Assembly (NCBI GenBank): GCA_051294375.1
Contig: CM119267.1
Span: 11,097,045 to 11,161,044 of the forward strand
Source of the DNA: Paraspadella gotoi
Taxonomy: Eukaryota > Animalia > Chaetognatha
Length of the DNA: 64,000 bases
Direction: 5' to 3'
Part shown: piece by piece, positions 26,938 through 38,482 of the stretch
Layout of the letters: every line of letters starts with the position of its first letter
How positions within the stretch are numbered: the first letter of the stretch is position 1
The notes under the pieces: model-generated
Database searches by the model: none
The model's input: only the letters and a program-made list of their open reading frames with translations
Told to the model about the DNA's origin: nothing
Position numbers and translations under genes: made by a program

Positions 26938-27014
26938 GGTCGCCGGTCGCCGGTCGCCGGTCGCCGGTCGCCGGTCGCCGGTCGCCGGTCGCCGGTCGCC
27001 GGTCGCCGGTCGCC
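26938..27014. repeat. (GGTCGCC)11 perfect heptamer minisatellite
   Basis: Read directly from the sequence. Confidence 0.95.
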
Positions 27015-28321
27015 GGCCGACTCAGAGCCGGTCTCACCGCCCATGGCCGGTGTCGCCGTCTCATTGAGTTATCGACGCAATTAACCAAGCTTCTAACAGA
27101 AAGGAGACCGCTGTAGCGAATGGAGAGAGAATTGAATTATCTACAGCGCGATTTCTTTAATGCACTTCGAATGCTTCCTACGCCAAGATATATTGTGAGA
27201 GAAAAAAGATTCCATTAGGCTCATTACTAAGTTAAGAAAAATTTATATCAGAGCCGTTTGTGGCAATATTATAAAATTAAAAATTACGCATTTTTTCCAT
27301 TATTTCCCGGCTGGTCGCACTTACTTGTATGTATACAGAAATCGTATTTTTTACCGCGTATTTGAAATTTGTTAATAATTCCGTGGCCTTTTTAACTTTG
27401 TTTCATAAAAAAATTTAATTTCCGTTTCTGCTCGTCCACTTTTTCTCTTATTTCCATGAGTTTTTTTTTTCTACCCGACGGAATCATAATCCACGCGTCC
27501 TGTCGACCGCCCGATGCACGGACCGACGGACCACCGAAAGGACCGACGTAGGGATCCACACACCGATCTCTTTCAATCTACGATGGAAATGAATCCTGAG
27601 GCCAAAAAAAAAAATTAATCCTATTATCGGTTTGATTCGGTTAATCGCGTCCGCGAGGATTTCAATATTTTACCGAGAATCTTGCGGAAAGGGAGAGATA
27701 AAGCTCCTCTGCCCGCTTTGCCTCTCCCCCCTTTCCCGTTACGCCATCCGCTTTGCCCGACGCGCTCAATTCTCTTCCCGTTTTGCGATACTTGCAAAAT
27801 CGACGTTCTCAGATTTTGTCGGTTTATTTAATTTTTTTTTTTTCAGTTGGGTTGACGGACGCCCAATCTTATTTTTAAATATATATTTCCTCTCGACGTC
27901 TCGTCTCTAGTTTATAAATCCATCAAAATGGAACCGACTCGTTCTCCCTTCCCTCTTTCTCCTTCCATCTCAGATCCCCACCATCTCTTCCAATTCTACT
28001 CCGAAACAAATGAGACGCAACGACGTCGTTTCCGGTTGTCGCGTCCGGTAACCATGACGACGCCGCCGACGCCTCCCGCCGCCGCTGAGGGGAACTAATA
28101 TCGACCGCAATTCCGTCAATGTCGCGGGTATAAAATGGAAATGACCATCTCTACATTTTCGAAGGAAAGCCGACGACGACGATAACGACGACGAGAAAGA
28201 CGACAAAGGATAACGTGATCATTATCACCTCTTCCGATCCTTATGACACCTTGACATTAAAACCGACAACCACGACGATAACCCTGATCATCTTTCCATT
28301 CGCCCTGACAACGATGACTAC

Positions 28322-29570
28322 AAACAAGTTTGAACAAACAATGTCGGATCTGCCTACGAAAATTAATTAAATTAAGTAAATTAATTATTAATTAATTTAT
28401 TAATTAATTAATTTTAATATTTAATAATTAATTATAAATAAATTCATATACAGTTTATTATCATCGATGTCCTTAAAAATAAGTAAAGTGACTTATATTT
28501 TTTCCGTTTAAACTCATTTCCACTGGCACAATTCCTCAAAACTTTATATCTAGCTTCTTCACACACTTTCCATCCCGCTCACAAAATTTCATCTCAATCT
28601 ATTATGGGTTAAAAATAGTAAAAATAGTCAAGTAAATGTGACTCATATTTTTTTCATTAAACTCGTTTCCACTCGTACCAAAACTTTATATCAAGCTTCG
28701 TCACACATTTTTCTACCCACACACAAAATTTTAACTCAATCTATCCATCCAATTATGATAAATTAGAGTATTTATTGGTTAAAATAAGTAAAAATATTTT
28801 AGTAAATGCGACTTATGTTTTTTTCCATTTAAACTCATATCCACTCACACGATTCCGTCGAAACTTTATATCCAGCTTCATCAAACATGTTCCTACCCAT
28901 ACAACAATTTCATTCCGATCCACCAGCCAATCACGAGTTATTGGGGCTTTTTGCTAAGGTGGGACGGATGGACGGATTGATTGACTGATTAATTAATTAG
29001 TGATTATTTAATTGACTAATTGATTAATTAACTTATTAATTATTTGATTTATTAATATACATCCTGCATATACATTTAATATAAAAGGAAAAAAAATCAT
29101 AATCAATTAGTGAAACAGGTTTTTTTTGTTTTTTCCATTTAAACTCATTTCCACTCAAACGATTCCATCGAAACTTGGTTTCCTGTTCAATCACACACTT
29201 CCTACTCACATACAAAATTCCAGGTCAATCGCCCCATCCACTCATGAGCAATTGGTGTTCAAATAGTGAATTATATTTTTTTTGTTTTTTCCATTTAAAC
29301 TCATTTCCACTCGGACGATTCCATCGAAACTTCATATCCAGCTCAATCACACACAATCCATCCATCCAATCACGAGTAATTGGTGTTTTTTGATAAGGTG
29401 GGACGGACGGACGGACGGACGGACGGACGGACATCATTTTTTTTGCATAATTTATCATAATTCGATGTTCTGACATGATATAAGTTAGTGCCCGACAATA
29501 TTGAGGGGGCGGACCGACGGACGACAAAGTGAATTATAGAGTCGGGATCTGCTGATAAGATCCGACTAAA
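28322..29570 (-). mobile_element. DINE-1/HINE-like Helentron-associated non-autonomous element with internal tandem repeats
   Basis: On the minus strand: T-run, 5' subTIR AGTCGGATCT (29558-29567), adjacent partial inverted copy (29540-29550), (GTCC)n microsatellite (about 29401-29432), five degenerate copies of a roughly 150-bp unit, 3' subTIR AGATCCGAC (28343-28351), and a terminal stem-loop GTTTG-TT-CAAAC (28328-28339). This matches the known DINE-1/HINE architecture. Confidence 0.7.
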
Positions 29571-30201
29571 AAAAAGAAGAAGAAGAAGAAGAAAAAAAAG
29601 AGTACGATAACGTCGCTGGCATTACTTTTTTTTGATTGACTGTCACGAATACTCAATTTTAAAAAACAATTAGATCATCGGACGAATTTTAATATTAAAA
29701 AAAAAAATTCTGAATAAGAAAAATACTCCGACTGATTTGAATGCAAATGAGGACGATTTAAAAAAAGGGAAGGAACCGGGAAAAAGTCACACGCGTTGAA
29801 AAAAAGAAAAAAATAAGGGAAATCGTGAGATAACGAATTGAAAAAAAAAAATTGCGAGCGGATATAATAGATTAGAGAAAAAAAAGTAAATAAAAAAAGA
29901 AAAAAAAGTGAGAGAAAAAAATTAAAGAAATTAAAACCTGCCCAATAGTGCCCACACTACACGTGTACCGCTTTCCACGTCACCTTCGAAAAGCTACTAA
30001 TCCCAAGGCAAAAAACTCGAGATTCCGCTCGTGAAGGAATCAAAATAAACATCGCTACAAATCATTCATACTCGACAAGTCTAACGTTTATTTTTCTTCG
30101 TAAGTTTTTTCCTTTTTTTTTTATTTTGTCGAATTTTTTTGACTTTTTTTATTTTATGATTTTTTTTTTGTTTGGGATAAAAGATCAAATCCAGAATTGA
30201 G

Positions 30202-30276
30202 GTAAGCGAGAAAGAATTGAAATGACCATCTCTCGTACTATTTTTTTTTATCAGCTCTCTTATCATTTCTTCACAG
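30202..30276 (+). other. 75-nt 5'-UTR intron of the secreted peptide gene
   Basis: GAG|GTAAGC donor at 30202, pyrimidine tract, and TTCACAG| acceptor ending at 30276, followed by A-ATG. Confidence 0.65.
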
Positions 30277-30277
30277 A

Positions 30278-30622
30278 ATGTTTTCCAAAGCTTTCCTCGT
30301 TTTCTTCGTTTGCCTCTTGGTTGTCATCGCCGACGCGCGTCGTGGTGGTCGTGGTGGTCGTGGTGGTCGACGCGGCCGTCGCAGGGGCGGGAGAAAGTCC
30401 GACCGCGGCGAAGTTCGTCAGCAGGAATGGGCCGACGGTCAGCGCGCTCAGAAAGCCGACGTTGCGGAGAATGATGCGGACGTCTACCGTCTTCTTGATC
30501 AAGCAGAGGCCCTAGAGGGCGAAATGGGGCCCATGGGCTCGGAGGGAGAAATGGACATGTCGAAGATGGGCGACATGGAGGACGGAGACGACATGTCGAT
30601 GCCGATGAAGAGAAACGTCTAA
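30278..30622 (+). CDS. 114-aa secreted precursor: signal peptide, Arg/Gly-rich cationic peptide, acidic Met-rich C-terminal region (putative antimicrobial or bioactive peptide precursor)
   Basis: Intact ATG to TAA ORF. Hydrophobic leader MFSKAFLVFFVCLLVVIADA ends in A-D-A, then RRGGRGGRGGRRGRRRGGRK, then a D/E-rich tail. The ORF is a GC-rich island in AT-rich flanks, has a splice acceptor 1 nt before the ATG, and has AATAAA signals about 100 nt after the stop. Confidence 0.8.
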   Translation: MFSKAFLVFFVCLLVVIADARRGGRGGRGGRRGRRRGGRKSDRGEVRQQEWADGQRAQKADVAENDADVYRLLDQAEALEGEMGPMGSEGEMDMSKMGDMEDGDDMSMPMKRNV

Positions 30623-30724
30623 GACGCCGTCGATACAGACTCCGAACGCGATGAAAGAAAGTTCGTCTCTGTTAATGAAATCAAATTCATTGTATGACTT
30701 TCATGACGGAAACAGAGAATTCGA

Positions 30725-30745
30725 AATAAAAAAATAAAAAATAAA
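30725..30745 (+). terminator. Polyadenylation signals of the secreted peptide gene
   Basis: Three tandem AATAAA hexamers followed by T-rich sequence, about 100 nt after the stop codon. Confidence 0.5.
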
Positions 30746-32117
30746 AACTCAATTTTTACGTTTTAATCTAGATTAATGATTTTTTTAATCATTGTAACTA
30801 GAGATTAGATTTAGAAAAATCGATACAAATGATAAGGCAATATGGGGAAAAATGATGAAATTTTCAACCGTGACTGACGCCTGAAGCAACTACACCTAAT
30901 TAGTAAGTAGCCTTCATAGTTCATAATTCTATTTAAAGTGTATTCGTAAGATCGGCGACCTCAGAAATTGGGTCTGGTAACGCAAAAATCACGAATATCA
31001 CAATCGTGATTGCTTCGTTTCGTGATAGCTTTGTTTTGACGAATCTCGGGCGAGGGGTCGAGAAATCGAATCCTTCGGCTACGATTCACATTTTGAGTTA
31101 ACTGAATCAAATCCAGACTCGGGAGATAGTGAAAGAAACGGAGACAGAGTCAAATATTTCCTCAGGGTCTCTCATAATTCCTCTTCTCTCGCTCTCTTTA
31201 TGGGATCAAGTTCAACACGGCGCGCTGGCGGTGATCCGAAAGAACGCCGCTTCCGCCGGCGCTGCCTCTTCCGGTTCCGGCGAATTCCGCCTCTGGCGCC
31301 GAATGTCGTAATCCAATTGTGGCGCCACTCATCCTCGATTTCTTCGTTTCTCTCACTCGTAACCGAGTTGACGAGAGAGAAAGCACCTCCGCGAGAATGG
31401 CGCCTCCCCTCCCCGCCTCCCTTCAAGAACTTTTTAGCGAGAATCGATGCCGACGCTTGAAAATTAATCTATCTTTTTCTCTTTCTCTCTCTGTCTGTCA
31501 GACTCTGTCCCCCCGCACAGTCATCGAAATAATTGTTTTACTCGGAAAAAGGGTGGTACATCGTAGATTAAATTTGTTTATTTTAATCAGTCCAGGTGTA
31601 TCACAAGAACACTGTCTTATGATATCGGATTGTAAAAATTATTCATATTGGAGATATAACACTTTTCTTTTTCTGGAGCTCACTTTGTTTTGTTATTTCT
31701 AGACATTTTAATGATAAAAACTTAGTTTTTTTTTTTCATTGTGAATAACTGGGTAGTTTGCATAGACTGAATTATATTTTGCTTTAAAACTATTTTACTG
31801 TATATGAGTTTTCAAATACTAGCCTAAACTAAAGTCTATATGGTCTATGGAAGCACGCGGAAGCACGGCCATTTCCACTGCATTTAATGATTCATCATAT
31901 CAGGAAGCTACCATATTTGGCTTTTTGTCCGCCGTGACCGGCATGGTTAGTTATAACAAAATGATTTTTGAAATAATTATTTTTACGATAACTAATGACT
32001 AATTTATTTTGTACAATATTTTTTTAAAAGAAATTTTTAATTTAAAAAAAAATTAGTTCTTATTAAGAATCTTAACTAGGACAATTTTAACTGTCTCTCT
32101 CACTCATGTGTACGTAC

Positions 32118-32398
32118 CTGTTATGTAAGAGAATGCAGCTAGCGCGCTCCAACGGCTGGACTGTGGACAATGTCCACTGGAAATGCATCGATAAAGGCTG
32201 AAAGCCAAGCAATATCCCCGTCTACGGACAACGAGGTATCTCCCTGACTCCTCATAGGAAATTCGCACGAAAGGTCGCACGTTGAAACCTTTTCTTGGAA
32301 ATGAGCGAGACGCGTCGCTCGAGCGAAAGAGGAAGGACGAACCATGAGCGATGCAGGGAATCATTAAAATCGAATGAAGAAAAGTCGAGACTCGAGAT
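32118..32398 (-). other. Candidate internal exon (281 nt), coding status unknown
   Basis: Minus-strand TTTTTTGTTTGTTTTAG acceptor and CAG|GTACGT donor bracket non-repetitive sequence with one fully open frame of 93 codons (SRVSTFLHSIL...AAFSYIT). No recognisable domain. Confidence 0.3.
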
Positions 32399-32715
32399 CT
32401 AAAACAAACAAAAAATGGAATCCAAAACAAACATCAGAGAAAAAAAAAAGAACATCGAGGGAAAAACGACCAACGAAAACGGAGAAAAACGAAAAACAGA
32501 GGAAGAGGAGAAATTAAAAAGAGAGAGAGGAAGAGGAAAAAAAAGAAAAATGGGTGTTGAACGAAGTAGAAAGACGATAGCAGAGGGAGGTAGGGAGGGA
32601 GCTAGAAAAGAAGAGGGTAAGAGAAAAAGAAAGGAATAGAGGGACGAATGGGAAAGGGAGGAAGGAAGGGAAATAGGAATACCGGAAGGAAAAAAAGTTT
32701 AAAGAGAAAAAAAAC

Positions 32716-32820
<105 letters not shown>

Positions 32821-33207
32821 AGACAAACGAAAAAAGACAAATCCGAATCAAGAAATGTTTCGAAAAAAGGATTTGCGTTTCTGTTTGATTTTCGATCCTA
32901 ATCATCGAACGGAAATATAGTGAATGGCATGACGTGGCATGGCATGGCAATGTGATTGAATATGTCAACCAAAAGCTGCCTCGTTCCCTTCAATTTACTA
33001 CTTCAAAGTTTTGATGACGATTTTTTTTTCCGTCTCTTTATCTCATCGTCCCATTTCGTCGTTTGTCCCAAAGTCTCCGCCAAAGAAAAAAAAATGAATA
33101 CAGAAATTGGCGCCGTCGACGCCGCAGACGCCGCACGAACCGGCGCCGTCAACGAAATCGTCAGGGTTAATGACTTTTCTTATCCTTCGTTCAACGTCAT
33201 TACGTCG

Positions 33208-33245
<38 letters not shown>

Positions 33246-33309
33246 CTCTTGAACGAAAAAAATTGGAGCAACCTCTGACGAAATTCGAAATAACGTTTGG
33301 GGAGAATTC

Positions 33310-33398
<89 letters not shown>

Positions 33399-34252
33399 AG
33401 AGAAATGGTTGAATGGGAAGGCAATGGGCGAGTAGAGGAGGGAGAGGGGGAGAAAGCAAGAGAGAAGAAGTCGCCGATCATGAATAGAAAGGGAGTACAG
33501 AAAGAAAAGCGATAAGAGAACGGAATCAATTTCGTTATCTACCATCAAAATTATTCAAATTATATATATATATATATATAAAATTATATATATAAACCTT
33601 GGCTCGAGAGGAATTAAGTTTTTTGAGCCTGAAAACCTTTTTTTTTCTGAGAAATATCGACGAATGCTTCCCATGATACATTTTTTTTTGCTGCAATCGC
33701 ACAAGTTTCGATTGGAATTTGACGATCGTCCTTTTCTTGTTTCATCATTCCGCACCGCAGCAGCCTTGACGCTGCTCAGCGCAACGCAGCAGAGGCAGCG
33801 GGCGGTCGTTTTATAGTTTCGCCGCGAAAATTCGTGGAATTCAGTTTGAGACGAGAACCGATAGCGCCTCTTTTTTTTTCCACCCCCCTATTCCCCCCTC
33901 CTTTAAATCCCCCCCATCCCCCCCTGTCGAGTCTGACCCAATCTACGCGACCCTTCAAAGTTTCCACCTTCGATCATCCCGATTAATTTTCCTGCTTCTC
34001 CATCGTTAATCTCTCTTTACCCTTTTCTTTTCTTTCCTCTTTCTTTTTTGTTTAAAGATTTTCCTCTTTCTTTTCTTTGTCTTGTCTTTTTTTCTTCCCT
34101 TTTTTCTTTAGTATTGCTCTTTGGTCTTTAAATTTTACAGTGTTTTTTCTTATTCCTTGCTTGTCCAATGTCCAGTGGATAATGTCCACAGTCAATTTTT
34201 CAACGTTTGAACCTTCTCTTCTAACCTCTCTCCTCCTCTACCATCCTAGTTT

Positions 34253-34371
<119 letters not shown>

Positions 34372-34569
34372 ATTCTACCCCCCAACCATCCGAAAATCCC
34401 CCCAAAACGACTCCCCTAATTCATCGTGAAGACTTCCCAAAAAAAGATACCCGTTCTTTTAGACCACCCTCATCTTCACTAGCTCTTTCATCCAAAAAGT
34501 AAATAAACAAACAAACAAAAATATCGGCAGGTAAGCCGTTCACTCTGTTGGCTATCGTCCTCGTCGTCT

Positions 34570-34607
<38 letters not shown>

Positions 34608-34673
34608 CTTTTCACGCAATTTGGCGATTTTCAACGTCGAGCGACGATTCGGCGTTGACCCCGTCATCTTCGA

Positions 34674-34746
34674 TCACGTGACTCTCATCACGTGACTCTA
34701 CTCACGTGACCCCGTCATCCTCGATCACGTGACTCTCATCACGTGA
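34674..34746. promoter_or_regulatory. Cluster of five TCACGTGA(C) E-boxes (CLEAR/USF/MITF-type)
   Basis: TCACGTGA starts at 34674, 34688, 34702, 34725 and 34739; the cluster arises partly from a local duplication of about 51 bp. Confidence 0.45.
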
Positions 34747-35187
34747 CCGCTCGACGCGAAATTCGGCCTCTCGCGATCCCAAGGGTCGACTCATTTTCTT
34801 CTGAGCTGAGACATCGCGTCCGAGGCGACCCCACCCCCCACCCCCCGATCCTTGAACCCTTTCAACCACGCGATCTTTAAATCCTCTACACCCCGCGTTT
34901 TAAAGAAACGAGTCAGTCGTTTTGAACCCCTTCTGGCCCTGTTCCCCCGAGTCTTACGTCGAAAGCGCGAAACGTTTTTCATAACTTGTTCACACGGGTA
35001 TAATTCCATATTTGTACACGTTGTAGGAATTTGTACAAATTTTTACGCGCCAAAGTAGCACATTTGAAAGCATTTTAAGAATTTGTACGAACGAATTAAT
35101 AAAATAAATTCTTTAATTTATTTATTCCTTTGCCTATGGCTATGTCAATGATAATTTCTTTTTTTGCAATTTTCATTTATATTTATC

Positions 35188-35440
35188 TAAAAATGCACCG
35201 ACTTTTTTTATCTCCCTCCGTCTGTCCGTCGGTCCAGCCCGCGTTGGGTCAACCAAAATCGGAAATCCGTTTTCAAGTTCGACCCTCGATTTTCGATCTC
35301 GACCTTCGGAGTCTCCACCGCCTGTCGCATCGAATAAATGACCTTTTATTCGACCCCGGCAACCCCTTCCTCACGCCCCCATAGTATCTGTCCACTGGGG
35401 GTGCATCGACCTTTTATTTGGCCACCTGGGTGCCAGGATT
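35188..35440 (+). mobile_element. Possible short second HINE-like element of a different family
   Basis: ATGCACC (35193-35199) and GGTGCAT (35400-35406) form an inverted pair. A GTCY-like tract CCGTCTGTCCGTCGGTCC lies near the 5' end, and a 3' hairpin CCTGG-GTG-CCAGG lies at 35425-35437. Confidence 0.4.
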
Positions 35441-37331
35441 AAATCATATACTACGTAGTAAACTTATTTTTGCTTTTAAACCGATCGGGCAACCTAAACA
35501 TTCCACTTTTAATTCTCTTCACATAAGTATTTCCTTCATTGTGCGACCCCATATATTGCTTGACGCCTTCATTTCCCCTTCCCTCCATCTTGCCGCGACC
35601 CGTCGAAGCCCCTTTCCCTCGAAAGCAAACAAGACCCGGCGAGTTTGTGCTTCGGCATCGACCCCAAAGTCTTAACTGGATTTTGACGAGGAAGGAAGTG
35701 GCGCCGGCGTCTGTCGGCGAGGAAGTGGCAATCGGCAAGTGGCACTGGCGGGGAAGTGGCAATTGGAAAGTGGCGAGGAAGTGGGAGTCGGGAACTGGCA
35801 TCGCCGAGGTAATGACAATCATGTAATTTTTAATGACAGGCAAGAAAGTGCTATTCCCGAAGGGGTTACCAGAAAGTAGCAATAATGAAATGGCAGAGAG
35901 GTTCCAGAGAGGAAACCAAAAAATAGCCACTTAAAATCTAGTGATAGAGTGGCAACTGGCAATCGAGAGAAAGCAAACGCTGGCAATGGCGCCCAATGGA
36001 AAATACTTGGCACCATCGACTAAAAAGAGAGGAAGCGGAGGAGGAGGAGGAGGAGGAGGAGGAGGAGGAGGAGGAGGAAGAGGCGAAGTCTCCGGAAGGC
36101 GGTAGTGGGTGAGGTTAATTCAGTCGTTTTCCGCCTCGACCTTTTTTTTCCGAAGAGGAGCGGGTGAGGTCTGGGGGAGGAGTAGATAAGGGTAAGGTTA
36201 AAAGATGGTGGGCAGGGCGCCACCCGGGGCCAGTGGCGGAATGTCGCGAAGCCAAACTTCGTCGCAGACACATCGTTGCGTCGTCGTTTGTTTACTCTGG
36301 CAATTTGCGGTTCGAACCAGAATCAACATTCGCCCATATCGACCACACACAACAACAACAACAACAACAACATTGTCGTTTCTTTTTTGCGGTAAAAAAA
36401 TTCAGCGTTTTCGCTACGTTGATGCTATGGAATATCTAATCTAATCTAATCTAATCAATACTATATACTCAAAAAATTCTATATCCTAAATTTCAACCTA
36501 TATCTAATCACAATCTATCAGTGTATTTTATTTATAATCGTATGGAAGTTGTTTTAGATACACTGACGACAGATATGCACGTATATAATATGCATAAATA
36601 GGCCGACAGAAAAAAAACTAGGAAACTATATCCTTATTTGAATAAAAACAAAACGAATCTCATCGATTGACTGCGGATCTCCCCCCCCCCCAAAAAAAAA
36701 GAGAAAACATTTAGTTTTCCCACCGACGTTCGAGTCCCACATCTACCACCCCCTCCATTTCCTTACCACCTCACTCCCCCACCACGTCAACCCCTTCATG
36801 CATCCTCATTTCGCCCACCTACGCGCGAAAACAAACGAATCGAAACCTTGATCTTCGCCGATGAGTAAACAGACATTACCGTCCATTAGCGGGGCGGGCG
36901 AGGGCGGCGTATCGACCGAGCGGGGGTTGGACGGCGGCGGGAGTGGCCGTGGGAGCGGTGAAAGCCGGAACAGGAGACGGACGGGAGTCGCCGAAGAAGG
37001 GCTAAGATAAAGTACGATGTCAAAACTGGTCGGCAAAAACGAAACCGAGGCAAGCCCGTCCGGTTTTTTTTTTTTGGCGGCCACAAAATAGGGCTTGAAA
37101 TCTCGTGGAATAACGGGCCAAACTTTGCTTTTTGGGTTCAAAAATTTTGACAAAATTTACTCGCTTAGAATTCGAGCATCGAATTCAACGAAGCGCCAAA
37201 AATCAGACGGAAGTTTGAGAGCGGTCGCCGACTAAGTTTGACCGGAGCTTAAACTTCCGAAAACGAAGCGAAGGGATTAAGGACATCGGGAATCGTGAGG
37301 AACTCACAAGACGACCGAGAAGAAAAGCCAC

Positions 37332-37365
<34 letters not shown>

Positions 37366-37450
37366 TAAGATCGATAGAGTTGGTTTAGATGGAGGGGGTG
37401 GGGGGAGGTAGGGAAATCAAAAGCTAATTAGCACGGTCCTTTGTTGGTTT

Positions 37451-37644
<194 letters not shown>

Positions 37645-38449
37645 TTTTTGAAAAACTGTTTTTCTTTTTTAATTATTCTTTGTTTCTTTCCATGTATTAG
37701 TCTTACGACAGTAACTCAGGAAAAACAAGATCACGAATTCAAGTTTCTCGCTTCTCGGTTTATTTTCTGAGAAAACGACCAAAGGCTTCGCCTCCTTTCT
37801 CGAGTTTCTGTTTCTTCGCCCCTTCGACACTCCCCCCCCCCATGACTCCATCTCACTCCCCCCTCCCCCTCATCGCCCCCTCGAGGCGAATCGCGTCTCC
37901 GGTTTTCAAGACTTTGATTTCGACCTCGAATGAAAACAAAAGGCGGGGACGACGACGACGACGACGACGACGACGATGGGTTTCGTCGCTTTGCATTTTT
38001 TTTGTGGATTTAGAGTTCCGGGTTCGAGACAGAAATCTGACGCGGTTTGTCACTTTATTGATCTTTCTCTGGATTTTGTCTGCTTCTATTTTAGTTTCAT
38101 TCAACTTTTTTTTTCATGTTTAATTTTATTCTATTTAATAATAATTTGAGCTGGAACCATTAAGAACATAACGATAACGACGATGACGATTCAGCGACGA
38201 CGACGACGACGACGACGACNNNNNNNNNNACGACGACGACGACGACGACGACTACCGCAGTCCAGGTGTTCTCGTTCTCGACGGACAAGACGGGACACGT
38301 GGAAAAACAAAACGACAACGATTTCGATGCTGAGAAAACTTTGAAGATGGCGATAAAAACTCGCCGAGAAAATAGAAGACTTGACTCTCGTTCTTTTGGG
38401 TGCCGACTGTAGCGAAGGCGGAATCATTGAAGACGCTAATCCTAGTGTG

Positions 38450-38482
<33 letters not shown>

